Below are positions 18,677 to 28,300 of a stretch of DNA of 64,000 bases, piece by piece. The position numbers and the translations under genes are program-made. The stretch is from Candidatus Latescibacterota bacterium (GTDB lineage Bacteria; Latescibacterota; UBA2968; UBA8231): positions 1,632,001 through 1,696,000 of the forward strand of contig CBDFJF010000002.1 in NCBI GenBank assembly GCA_965248265.1, given 5' to 3'. Positions within the stretch are counted from its first letter, which is position 1. Each line of letters opens with the position of its first letter. The notes beneath the pieces are model-generated. The model was given only the letters and a program-made list of their open reading frames with translations, made no database searches and was not told where the DNA came from.

Positions 18677-20128
18677 TCAAACCGTGTAGGAGCTGGACAC
18701 GGTATCGCCGCCATGCCCGGTCCAGTTAGTGTGAAAGAATTCACCTCGGGCTTTGTCGATGCGCTCGTAGGTATGAGCACCAAAATAGTCACGCTGGGCT
18801 TGCAGAAGATTGGCCGGCAGGGTGGCGCTGCGGTAGCCGTCGTAGTAAGCCAGGGCGCTGCTGAAGGCCGGCACCGGAATGCCGAGTTGCACCGCGGTCG
18901 AAACCCCTCGGCGCCATGATTCCTGGCTGTGGGCGATGGCGTCGGAGAAATAGGGGGCAAGCAGAAGGTTGGTCAGGTCCGGGTTGGCATCGAAGGCTTC
19001 CTTGATGTCACCCAGAAACTGGGCTCTGATGATACAGCCACCCCGCCACATCAAGGCGATGCTGCCGTAGTTGAACTGCCAGTCGTGTTCGACTCCCGCC
19101 ATCTTCAGCAATTGAAAGCCCTGGGCGTAGGAGCAGATCTTGGAGGCGTAGAGGGATTGCCGCACATCCTCGACGAAGGCATCACGATCGCCGTTGAAAC
19201 CAGCAGCGGTTCCTTTGAGCAAACCGGCAGCCTCCACGCGTTCCTCCTTGAGAGCTGAAATACAGCGTGCGAAGACGGCTTCCGTGATGGTGGCGGTCGG
19301 GGCTCCCAGCTGCAGGGCTTCGATTCCCGTCCACTTGCCAGTACCCTTCTGGCCGGCCGTATCCAGGATGACATCGACCATCGGCTTGCCGGTCTCGTCG
19401 TCGGTGTGGGCGAGGATATCCCGGGTAATTTCGATCAGGTAACTATCGAGGACGCCTTCATTCCACTCGCCAAATACTCCGCTCATTTCCGCCGGACTCA
19501 TTCCCGCGACATGACGCAACAACCAATAGGCCTCACAGATCATCTGCATGTCACCGTACTCAATACCATTGTGGATCATCTTGACGTAGTGGCCGGCGCC
19601 ATCGGAGCCGATCCAGTCACAACAAGGGGATCCGTCGTCGACTTTGGCGGCGATGCTTTGGAAGATGTCCTTGACGTGGGGCCACGCTTCGGCGTTGCCG
19701 CCGGGCATGATGCTGGGTCCTTTGAGGGCGCCCTCCTCGCCACCGGAGACGCCGGTGCCGATGTAGAGGAGGCCTTTCTCGGTGAGATCGCGGGTTCGGC
19801 GGATGGTGTCACCGAAGTTGGAGTTGCCGCCGTCGATGAGGATGTCGCCCTTGTCCAATAATGGTATCAACTCCTCTATCACTTTATCGACGGCCGTCCC
19901 AGCTTGCACCATGATCATGATGCGCCGCGGGGATTTGAGTTGGGCGATCAGTTCGGTAGGTGAGTGGGCGCCGACAATGGACTCGTCCTTGGCGCGGCCC
20001 TCCAGGAAGGCATCTACCTTGGATGTGGTGCGGTTGTAGACAGCCACGGTGAAGCCGTGACTGGCCATGTTGAGGACAAGGTTTTCACCCATAACGGCCA
20101 GGCCAATTAGCCCGATATCTGCCTGCAT
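18677..20128 (-). CDS. gnd: 6-phosphogluconate dehydrogenase (NADP-dependent, decarboxylating)
   Basis: [40 protein letters not shown]. Confidence 0.97.
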   Translation of the reverse strand: MQADIGLIGLAVMGENLVLNMASHGFTVAVYNRTTSKVDAFLEGRAKDESIVGAHSPTELIAQLKSPRRIMIMVQAGTAVDKVIEELIPLLDKGDILIDGGNSNFGDTIRRTRDLTEKGLLYIGTGVSGGEEGALKGPSIMPGGNAEAWPHVKDIFQSIAAKVDDGSPCCDWIGSDGAGHYVKMIHNGIEYGDMQMICEAYWLLRHVAGMSPAEMSGVFGEWNEGVLDSYLIEITRDILAHTDDETGKPMVDVILDTAGQKGTGKWTGIEALQLGAPTATITEAVFARCISALKEERVEAAGLLKGTAAGFNGDRDAFVEDVRQSLYASKICSYAQGFQLLKMAGVEHDWQFNYGSIALMWRGGCIIRAQFLGDIKEAFDANPDLTNLLLAPYFSDAIAHSQESWRRGVSTAVQLGIPVPAFSSALAYYDGYRSATLPANLLQAQRDYFGAHTYERIDKARGEFFHTNWTGHGGDTVSSSYTV

Positions 20129-20191
20129 CTTCGCATCCTTTCGGCTTGGTTATCCTGATTCACAGCTTCAGAGCATGCTGGCGAACCGGTG

Positions 20192-20244
20192 GAAGATATA
20201 AACCGTGCTGGTGACACCGCGGTCAAGGTTTATGGCGCATCGTT
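20192..20244. repeat. 53-bp direct repeat, copy 1
   Basis: 46/53 identical to 21224-21276; abuts the stop codon of the DHDPS-like gene. Confidence 0.85.
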
Positions 20245-21186
20245 TCACCGCAAAAACGCAAGATCCTTCGCCCCCTGCGCCAGGATCTCCATCTGTTCAT
20301 CATCGAGGGTGTAATATGGCAGCGGCAAGTACCTCCCGCTGATCCCAAACACTTCCGACAGCCCGTGCCACGCTGAATTCATACTCACCCCGAAAGAGGC
20401 AAGCAGATCCCTGAGTGGATACTCAATCTCGCGAATCATTCGCCATGACTTTTCGTAATCCCCGGCCTTTACGGCATCAAAATACTCCCAGGCAATGTCC
20501 GGCCGGTAACTCATGATCAGGCACAAGTAGCCGTCGACGCCGTAGGGCACCTGCAAGGTGTGATTGGCCATCAAACCACCCGATACCACAGCCCAGCGAT
20601 CGTGCACCATCATGCACATCCGGTTGCCCGCGTCTCCTAACACATCGTCTTTGACCGCGACCAGATTCGGTGCTCCTTCGTAGAGGGCGCGCAGGATTTC
20701 CATCTGCCGCCCCGGTGGCCGCAGGCCGCTCGTCGTAAAGAAGGCGGTGACGATCATCGTCGGCACGTGTGCGCCGACCGCGTTAAAGTGCTGCACCAAC
20801 TGCTCCGGCTCCGAAGACGCGGCCCAATCGGGCGGGAGAAGCATCAGCAGGTCGGCGCCGATCTGCTTGCAATATTCAGCGAAGGCCACGGCCTTCGGGG
20901 TCGCCCAGGAGTTGTCAGCCGCTATCACTTTCGCACGAGCATTGCTGTGTTCGACCACCACTTTTACCAGTTCGGCGATCTGGTCATCCGTCTGCACCGA
21001 GAACAGACTGCCGCCCCAGGTCACCATCAGTGTCCTGGCCTTCCCGGCGATGGCGAAATCCACCTGCGCCCGCACACCATCGTAATCAACCTCTCCGTCT
21101 ACGGTGAACGGAGTGCGAATCGACGGCACCGGGCTGTCCAGAGCGTGGCGTAGTTCCTCAGAACAACCTCTAAATTCTAAACTCAT
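20245..21186 (-). CDS. Dihydrodipicolinate synthase (class I aldolase) family protein
   Basis: TPFTVDGEVDY, GADLLMLLPP, Schiff-base Lys in VAVKDD; lacks the canonical GTTGE. Confidence 0.85.
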   Translation of the reverse strand: MSLEFRGCSEELRHALDSPVPSIRTPFTVDGEVDYDGVRAQVDFAIAGKARTLMVTWGGSLFSVQTDDQIAELVKVVVEHSNARAKVIAADNSWATPKAVAFAEYCKQIGADLLMLLPPDWAASSEPEQLVQHFNAVGAHVPTMIVTAFFTTSGLRPPGRQMEILRALYEGAPNLVAVKDDVLGDAGNRMCMMVHDRWAVVSGGLMANHTLQVPYGVDGYLCLIMSYRPDIAWEYFDAVKAGDYEKSWRMIREIEYPLRDLLASFGVSMNSAWHGLSEVFGISGRYLPLPYYTLDDEQMEILAQGAKDLAFLR

Positions 21187-21223
21187 CAGTTACTCCAATT
21201 CATCAGGTCAGATTGGTTGTGTA

Positions 21224-21276
21224 GAAAACATAAACCGCGCTGACGACACCGCGGTCAAGGTTTGTGGCGAATCGTT
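21224..21276. repeat. 53-bp direct repeat, copy 2
   Basis: 46/53 identical to 20192-20244. Confidence 0.85.
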
Positions 21277-21354
21277 ATTTGTGTAGTATGTGCCAATACC
21301 ATCCAGTGGGTTTCGGTTCGTGACTCCCGCATCCCAGCACGGGTAATTGGTTGA

Positions 21355-22230
21355 ATGATGGTACCTGCCACAATCTACGCCGGCCTCCTCGTCTTCAGCC
21401 TTGGGTGTGTAACTCTGCCGAGGGTCGAAAAAAGACCGATCGAGAAGGAGTCTCCCCCGACTCGCACGGAGTTGGAGAGGAAGATGCAGGAGGAGTTCGT
21501 CGATCTCCACGCCTTGGACACAGGGCGCTACAAGGGTCTGGTCATTCAGGATCTGCAGGACAAGCGGAACGCCAAAGGATTCGTCTATCTCTCCATGATA
21601 GTTGGGGAGGAGCTCGATCCGCCCACGTACAGGGCGATTCCCCAACTCGTGGAAGCGATCAACAAGTTCACGCGGATCAAAGCCAAGGCCGAGAAGCCTC
21701 TCGCTCTACACTCCCGAGATCTGTTCAGAGCGCCCTTTGTTTACATCACGGCGGCCAAGGGCTTCTCTCTGTCGGAGCGGGAAAAAAAGAACCTCGAGAA
21801 CTACATGCGACTGGGAGGTTTCGTGTTCGCAGAAAACAGCAGGCCGCGATTTGAATACGGTCCAGCAGAGGCCTCTCTGCGAAAGATGTTCAAGGACGTG
21901 CTGAGAAAGGATGCCCGCTTCCAGCTTCTCACAAACAACCATCCCATCTACCACAGCTTCTTCGACTTCAACGGCGGACCGCCACCGGGCGGCGAGATCT
22001 TCGGCCGGCGTTCGGAACCGGGCGTTCCTTCGCCCCATCTGGAGGGCATATACCTCGATGGACGACTTGTCGCCGTGTACTCAGACAAGGGTTACGGACT
22101 CATCTGGGAGGACGAATTTCGGAACGAGCCTCAACTGAAGATGGGGATCAACCTGGTCGTCTATGCCCTGACCCAAGAGGGCTCGATCGCTCAACAGCAG
22201 ATCGACTTCTTCATGCGGCGCGGCCGTTGA
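21355..22230 (+). CDS. DUF4159 domain protein (probable lipoprotein)
   Basis: Lipobox LGC; PFVYI, GGFVF, HPIYHSFFDF, GINLVVYALT. Confidence 0.82.
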   Translation: MMVPATIYAGLLVFSLGCVTLPRVEKRPIEKESPPTRTELERKMQEEFVDLHALDTGRYKGLVIQDLQDKRNAKGFVYLSMIVGEELDPPTYRAIPQLVEAINKFTRIKAKAEKPLALHSRDLFRAPFVYITAAKGFSLSEREKKNLENYMRLGGFVFAENSRPRFEYGPAEASLRKMFKDVLRKDARFQLLTNNHPIYHSFFDFNGGPPPGGEIFGRRSEPGVPSPHLEGIYLDGRLVAVYSDKGYGLIWEDEFRNEPQLKMGINLVVYALTQEGSIAQQQIDFFMRRGR

Positions 22231-22276
22231 GCCACAAGGCTCGGCACCGCCAAGGGTGGACCGGGCTTCGTCGGAG

Positions 22277-22291
22277 TGATAAACTGAACAG
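22277..22291 (+). promoter_or_regulatory. Extended -10 promoter, leaderless transcript
   Basis: TG-A-TAAACT followed by 6 nt and then ATG 22292. Confidence 0.45.
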
Positions 22292-23272
22292 ATGCGAATC
22301 CTCATCACCGGTGTAACTGGAAGAATCGGCGCGAACCTGGCGGCAGCGCTGGCCAAAGACGGTCATCAGGTACGGGGGCTTGTGTGGGATAAGGACAACG
22401 ACCGTGATACCAACAAGCTGCGTGACTACGACGTGGAGTTCGTGTCGGGCAGCCTGACCGAGCCCGACTCTCTTCGCGGCGCCGCACAAGGAGTGGAGGC
22501 CGTCTACCACCTCGGTGCTGCGTTCCAGGCTGGTGGACCGTTTGAGACCGAGGACTATTTTGAGATAAACGTTCGTGGTACCTTCAACCTCCTAGAAGCT
22601 GCAAAGGCCCAGGACAATCTGCAGCACTTCTTCCTCGCCAGCACCGACTCAGTCTACAAGAAGTCGGCGCCGGGCGGCATGAAGGAGCCGATATCGGTCG
22701 AGAGGAACCCACCGCAGCCGAGCAATTGGTATGCCCTCTCAAAAGTGCTGGCAGAGGACCTTTGCATCGGCTACTACCGCTCCTATGGCATGCCGAACAC
22801 AGTCGTCCGCTTCTGCAACACGCAGGGAGCCGGCGAATTTATCAACTACGGCGCCTTCTGGTTGAGCAAGATGAAGGACCGCCCCGACCTCGCGGCATTG
22901 TGGAATGGGGAAGAGCGCCTAGTCATCGCGAGGGATAATAATGGCACGCCCTGGAAGAAGCACATGGGCGATGTGCGGGACATGGTGCACGGCTGCACCG
23001 TCGGCCTGGGGAAGTCAGCCGCTTTCGGAGAGATATTTCAACTCGGCGGTCCCAACGCATTCACATGGGACACGCTAATCCCCTACATCTCGGAGAAGAC
23101 CGGCGTGCCTTACGTCGAAGCGAAGCTGAGCGGAGACCCGACCAACTATGAGTACAACCTGTCGAAACCGCGCGACCTCCTGGGCTTCAACCCGCAATAC
23201 GATGGCTTCCGCATGATCGACGACTGCATCGCTTTCCGAAACGGCGAAGATATCGGCGTGCTGCCGACGTAG
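22292..23272 (+). CDS. NAD-dependent epimerase/dehydratase
   Basis: GVTGRIG and YALSK motifs. Confidence 0.9.
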   Translation: MRILITGVTGRIGANLAAALAKDGHQVRGLVWDKDNDRDTNKLRDYDVEFVSGSLTEPDSLRGAAQGVEAVYHLGAAFQAGGPFETEDYFEINVRGTFNLLEAAKAQDNLQHFFLASTDSVYKKSAPGGMKEPISVERNPPQPSNWYALSKVLAEDLCIGYYRSYGMPNTVVRFCNTQGAGEFINYGAFWLSKMKDRPDLAALWNGEERLVIARDNNGTPWKKHMGDVRDMVHGCTVGLGKSAAFGEIFQLGGPNAFTWDTLIPYISEKTGVPYVEAKLSGDPTNYEYNLSKPRDLLGFNPQYDGFRMIDDCIAFRNGEDIGVLPT

Positions 23273-23320
23273 GAGTCTGACTACCCCCCGCAGAAGACGC
23301 TCGATGCCCTTGGGCTACCT

Positions 23321-25444
23321 CTATTGCGACGCGTCGATAAGGGCAAGCGCCGCCTCAATGCTGATGATTGCCTCTCGATCCGCCTTCAACGCTTCTTCGA
23401 TCAGCCCTTGGACCTCTGCGCGATCCTCCGCCTTCCAGCCCTTTCTGCTTTTCGCCGTTACGCAGAGATCGTACAGTGGATTCAGCGACTCCAGCTCACG
23501 GTCATAATGCATCGCCGCCGACTCGAGTGGATCCGCTGCTTTGGGGAAGAGAGCGACGAGTTCCCGCATATACTCGGCGGCTACAAGACGTCGTCCTTTC
23601 AAGGTCTCCGCATGATGGCGGGAAATTTCCAGCGGAACATCCTCGGACTCGAACGCCTCACGCCAGAGTTCGTAGGCTGCAAAACCATACGGGATACTCG
23701 GCACTCCATTGTGTTTCATAAATTGCTCATCAGTGTATCTGATGCCCATCGCGAAACCGATCGCGTTCCGAAGAGCCGTCCGATGCATTTCCTTCTCGTC
23801 TGCTGCAGTAGGCTGGACATATACCCTTACGTTGAACCACTCGACAGGATCGGCATGTCCGATTGCGTCGTAGCGAACCGTGTAGGTGTCCGCTACATAC
23901 GGGTGACGCACGGTGTAGGTTTCCTCCGCCTCATTGTATCCGACGATCAAGCCCCAGCAGAACGCATGGTGCGCAGGGTGGTCGCTGGCTTTCTGTTCGA
24001 GGCTCATTGGCTGCCACACCAAGGCGGGGAAGCCCTGTTCCAGGCCCACCCGCACTGAGTCTCTGGCCTCTCGTTTCAACTCCGGAAGATTGACATCCGT
24101 ATCGTGTTTGTTGGCGTGGAATTCATGGAACTCTGCGAGCTGTGGGACGAAGTCCAGCGCCAGGCCCCAGTCGATGTTGTCGTGCATGACTCCTCCGCCA
24201 CCCTCTATCATTTCGAAGTGGAACGCGTGACCCATAAAGCCCTCCAACCGCGCCCTGGACCATTCTGGACGGCCGACGGCTTGCATCAAGGGGCTAAGGC
24301 ATAGGGGAAGAGTGTCGCCCCGGTTCGACGGCTTGACGTCTACCATAATGTTCATCGGTTCGTCTCCTTTCGGTCCGGCATCCGTGATGTTTGTCTCCGT
24401 TCCACCGACGACGACGGCGAGCACGAAGAAGCCCAAAACGCTCGCCAAACTCACTAAAGGAGGGCTCACTAATCGGTCCCTCCCATCTGCTACATCGGCG
24501 GCGAGCAACCGCTTGACGCGCGACAGCAGGGAGCCATCTGTCGCCGCAACTGCCAGAGCTGGACCTCTGAGTTCCTCGAGTGTGGCCAGCGCGAATGCGT
24601 ACGACTTTGGATCGCTGACACCAGCCGCGGCGTCATCGCAGCAGTGCTCTCGCTCGGTCCGAATACCGCGAGACACCCACCACACGGCCGGATGGAAAAA
24701 GAACGTCGTCTCGACGAGCCTTTGGAGCAGGTTGACCAGATTGTCGTAACGCCGGATGTGTGCCAGTTCGTGAACCAGGATCGCTTCGAGCTGATCAGGC
24801 GTCAGCCCCAGGAGTGAGCTTGTTGGAATTAGGACAACGGGTCGAAAGATACCGACGACCATCGGAATCTTTGCCATCGAGGAAGTGACCACCTCGACGC
24901 CGCGACGGAGGCCCTGTCGTTTTGCCAGGTTACGCACGCGAACACACCACACCTCTGGCAGGGGCTGTGTTCCAATCCGCCTCAGGGGGTAGGAGGCCCA
25001 GCAACCACCTAGCAGACGTAGCGACAAGAGCAAAACACCCACAGACCACCATAATACGATTTGCGGTATGTGGTCCTGCAGATTGACAGCCAAGCTCGCC
25101 GGCCAACTCTGATACACAGATGTCGGGCCGTCGTGTCGTTGGGCCGATTCCGTTAACGTTGCCGCAGCCGATGGGGTCGCCGCCATGACGAATGGGGATT
25201 CATTACGGGGACCCAGCAGAGTAGGCCCCGAAGGTCTCTCAGATTGGTGGACCCAAAAGGTGACCAGCGGCAGCACTACCATGACGAGCAAGGCGGCACA
25301 CGCAGTGGCGTAGCGCCATCGCGGGTTTCTCAGAAACATATTCGCGATCGCAAGGACGGCGGCCACTGCAATACCTTGCCAGACGAAATGCAGGAGCATC
25401 CACCCGATCGCCTGGATAGTATGTTCACTCAGAAAAACGCTCAT
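23321..25444 (-). CDS. BlaR1/MecR1-like M56 metallopeptidase with an atypical C-terminal domain
   Basis: LLHFVWQG, HELAHIRRYD, FHPAVWW, ERE.CCD; C-terminal 340 aa are not penicillin-binding-like. Confidence 0.9.
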   Translation of the reverse strand: MSVFLSEHTIQAIGWMLLHFVWQGIAVAAVLAIANMFLRNPRWRYATACAALLVMVVLPLVTFWVHQSERPSGPTLLGPRNESPFVMAATPSAAATLTESAQRHDGPTSVYQSWPASLAVNLQDHIPQIVLWWSVGVLLLSLRLLGGCWASYPLRRIGTQPLPEVWCVRVRNLAKRQGLRRGVEVVTSSMAKIPMVVGIFRPVVLIPTSSLLGLTPDQLEAILVHELAHIRRYDNLVNLLQRLVETTFFFHPAVWWVSRGIRTEREHCCDDAAAGVSDPKSYAFALATLEELRGPALAVAATDGSLLSRVKRLLAADVADGRDRLVSPPLVSLASVLGFFVLAVVVGGTETNITDAGPKGDEPMNIMVDVKPSNRGDTLPLCLSPLMQAVGRPEWSRARLEGFMGHAFHFEMIEGGGGVMHDNIDWGLALDFVPQLAEFHEFHANKHDTDVNLPELKREARDSVRVGLEQGFPALVWQPMSLEQKASDHPAHHAFCWGLIVGYNEAEETYTVRHPYVADTYTVRYDAIGHADPVEWFNVRVYVQPTAADEKEMHRTALRNAIGFAMGIRYTDEQFMKHNGVPSIPYGFAAYELWREAFESEDVPLEISRHHAETLKGRRLVAAEYMRELVALFPKAADPLESAAMHYDRELESLNPLYDLCVTAKSRKGWKAEDRAEVQGLIEEALKADREAIISIEAALALIDASQ

Positions 25445-25830
25445 TTGCGTCTCCTTTCCGCCTCTTCCAGCAGTTTCCGGATTTTCGCCAGTTCCTCGGC
25501 AGAAGCTGTCTTCGCGGACAGAGCTCCTGCCACCAACCCGGCTGCGGAGCCGTCAAACACCTTGTCGACGAGCGCCCCGACGAGAGACCGCTGGGTCTCC
25601 TCTCGATCGACAACAGCTTCGTAGATGTGGGCTTTCCGCGATTCGTCGCGCTGGACCAAGCCCTTGCCGGTCATCACCTGAAGTGTTTTCAGTGTGGTCG
25701 TGTAGCGGATGTCCCGGAGCTCAATCAGAGCGTCGTGGACATCGCGAACAGTGCAGGGTCCTCGATGCCACAGAACATTCAGCACATCGAGCTCTGCATC
25801 CGTCGCCTTGCGGCTGTCGTTGCGACCCAT
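25441..25830 (-). CDS. blaI: BlaI/MecI/CopY family repressor
   Basis: TDAELDVLNVLW.RGPCTVRDV, YTTTLK.LQVM.KGLV; ATGA overlap with the M56 gene. Confidence 0.92.
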   Translation of the reverse strand: MGRNDSRKATDAELDVLNVLWHRGPCTVRDVHDALIELRDIRYTTTLKTLQVMTGKGLVQRDESRKAHIYEAVVDREETQRSLVGALVDKVFDGSAAGLVAGALSAKTASAEELAKIRKLLEEAERRRK

Positions 25831-25869
25831 GCGGCCTCCTATCGGTAGTGTCTCGATTCGATGCCAGCC

Positions 25870-25914
25870 AATATACGACGATAATCGTACATGTCAACGA
25901 TAATTGTCGTATAT
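25870..25914 (-). promoter_or_regulatory. blaI promoter with two BlaI-type operators
   Basis: TTGACA-N16-TATATT on the minus strand, overlapped by TACGA-N6-TCGTA (25874-25889) and AACGA-N6-TCGTA (25896-25911). Confidence 0.75.
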
Positions 25915-26047
25915 CGAATAGCGGTGTGCGATAGGTCTGAATGATCTCCTGCTCCCCACGAGTGCTTGTCAATGTTCATTGAGTGCCCTACGATCAAACA
26001 CGCATCGTATACCTGAAACCAGGGACCACCTGAAGGTTGAGAGAATT

Positions 26048-28288
26048 ATGATTCCGCTCCGTCGCGCTCTCGCGCTTCTGGTCGTTGTCGCCCCAAGTGT
26101 TCTCTATGCCGAACCGATGGAGTCCGGTGTCGAGCGGACAACATGGGCTCCGCTGGAGTCCACCGATTTTGTCCGCGGCTGGCTCTTGTGCGGCGTGTTT
26201 CCGAACCCGCCGGATGAAACTGGCAAGACGACAACCATCGGCATGGACACCGACTACTTGGCGGCTCATGGAGGAGAGGGCGTCATTCGTCCGGGCGATG
26301 GTATGGCCCACCTGCGGCCAGATGGCACTGAAGCTTCCTGGTTCGCGCACACCTCGCCCCAGGATTTCGTGAATTTCAGACTGGCATTCGAGGGACAGGC
26401 GAGCAGGAATGTCGTCGGATACGCCTATACGACGGTGAACATCGCCGCGGCGGGAAAGGCGGTCCTGTCCACGGGCAGCTCCGACGAGTTCCTGGTATGG
26501 TTGAATGGAGAGCTCATCCACCACCACCCCGGCCACGGCGTTTTCACGGATTCAGACCGAACCGAGATCAGCTTGTCGGAGGGAGAAAACCGGCTTCTCA
26601 TCAAAGTCAGGCAAGCCGCTCGCAATTGGGGATTTGTCATGCGACTCATCGGTGAGGCGGAAGCGAGCGAACTGACTGCCAGGGAGGTGGTACGAGAGCA
26701 GTTGGAGGAATTTCAGGACGCCGAGCTGCGCCCCAGGGGCAAATGGGATTTCATGTTCACCGTGGGAGACTTTCCCGAGATCGTCTGGACCGATCCTGCT
26801 CTGGTCAAATCGTCAGTGGGCGAGTTCTCATATGATGTTCGATGGTTCGACGCCGAGTTTCAGGAGGTGTCAAAAGCCGCAAACCCGGGTCGATACCACG
26901 CCTACATCACTGGCGAGCTCCCGTCTGGAATACCGTTTCGCAGGGCGCTGACTCTGTACTGCCGGCCACCCGAGTGGCGCCCGTGGCGCGACCAGATCAA
27001 GGCTAGTGTGGACTATCCGCCAAACAGCCCTATTGATGAAAAAGCATGGAAAGAGCGTCAAGAGATGATCGCCCTCCGAGTAGGATCTCAATTCGTCCAG
27101 TCACTGGCGACTGAGGAGGCTGGGGCGATCTTGATGGCCTATCTGGACGAGATGGAGCCTCTGGGGAGGGAGCCGCTCCCGTATGAGACTCCGGAAATTG
27201 CCGACGGGGAACACCATCTCCGCCTGAAACGGCGCCTGATGGACACGGAGGATCGATACCCGCCTCTACAACCGCCTCGAAAGACGGACAAGGAATCGAC
27301 TCTCATACGCACGGGAACGCCAGCGGAGGCCGGCGTCAAAGAAGACTCAGCTGACCGCATTCGGGCTATTTGCCAGCAGTGGTATGAGGAGAGTGGGGAA
27401 CCTTTCGTGACTCTTGTCGCCAGGCACGGCGTGATCGTGCTGCACGAATCCTTTGGGCCAGTAGCGCTCGATGCATCGCTCTACATGGCTTCGATTACCA
27501 AGGCGATCACGGCGATGATGTTCGCTCAGTTCCTCGATCAGGGCCTCATCGATCTGGACGACGCCATTGGTAAATACCTCATAGGCTTCCCTACTGAAGG
27601 GGACAAAATCGTCACTCTCAGGCATTGCTTTACTCACACCACCGGCCTGCGAGGGGGCGGTCGGTGGGGCAGCATCCGCAATCCATGGCTGGATAACGTT
27701 ATTCTCAACGGCCTCGACTACCTCGTGCCCGGGCAGCGGTATCAGTACACCGGTTTAGGCATCAACCTGGCTGGCAAGGTCATGGAAGCGGTCAGTGGTA
27801 GGAACATTTTGAGACTCATCCCGGAGAATTTTTTCCATCCCCTGGGACTGAGGAATACGACGATCAACAACCTCACAGGTTCATCCAGATGCTCGGCGGA
27901 AGACACAGCCAAACTCGCACAACTCCTGCTGAACAAGGGCACGTACGGTGGCAGGGTGTTCTTTTCACCTCAAACGTTTGAAAAATTGCTGCCGAGAGAA
28001 CTTGGCGAGTACTATCCGGACCTGTATTACCCGGAACTGGACCTCGAAGTGGGCATCGGCCTCACCTTCATGCGCGCCGATCATCCCACAGCCGGCGACG
28101 GCGACATCCGGAAAGACAGAACGTTACTGAGCAGAAACACCTTCGGACATGACGCGGCTTCGAAGGCCGTCTTCCGCATAGATCCGGACAACGAGATCGT
28201 CGTGGTCCAGGTCAGGAACACAGCCGGCCCCAAATACCGACAGTTTTTCCTCCGATTTCTACAGGAAATCGACGCCAGTATTCTTTGA
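26048..28288 (+). CDS. Secreted serine hydrolase (beta-lactamase/class C-like) with N-terminal accessory domains
   Basis: Signal peptide; ASITK (SxxK), FTHTTG, YQYT; divergent from blaI. Confidence 0.85.
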   Translation: MIPLRRALALLVVVAPSVLYAEPMESGVERTTWAPLESTDFVRGWLLCGVFPNPPDETGKTTTIGMDTDYLAAHGGEGVIRPGDGMAHLRPDGTEASWFAHTSPQDFVNFRLAFEGQASRNVVGYAYTTVNIAAAGKAVLSTGSSDEFLVWLNGELIHHHPGHGVFTDSDRTEISLSEGENRLLIKVRQAARNWGFVMRLIGEAEASELTAREVVREQLEEFQDAELRPRGKWDFMFTVGDFPEIVWTDPALVKSSVGEFSYDVRWFDAEFQEVSKAANPGRYHAYITGELPSGIPFRRALTLYCRPPEWRPWRDQIKASVDYPPNSPIDEKAWKERQEMIALRVGSQFVQSLATEEAGAILMAYLDEMEPLGREPLPYETPEIADGEHHLRLKRRLMDTEDRYPPLQPPRKTDKESTLIRTGTPAEAGVKEDSADRIRAICQQWYEESGEPFVTLVARHGVIVLHESFGPVALDASLYMASITKAITAMMFAQFLDQGLIDLDDAIGKYLIGFPTEGDKIVTLRHCFTHTTGLRGGGRWGSIRNPWLDNVILNGLDYLVPGQRYQYTGLGINLAGKVMEAVSGRNILRLIPENFFHPLGLRNTTINNLTGSSRCSAEDTAKLAQLLLNKGTYGGRVFFSPQTFEKLLPRELGEYYPDLYYPELDLEVGIGLTFMRADHPTAGDGDIRKDRTLLSRNTFGHDAASKAVFRIDPDNEIVVVQVRNTAGPKYRQFFLRFLQEIDASIL

Positions 28289-28300
28289 TCGGCCATGTGA

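Noticed and set aside
20192-21276. Direct repeats as integron attC sites or CRISPR repeats
   Set aside because: No RYYYAAC/GTTRRRY cores, only two copies 1 kb apart, and no integrase or cas gene
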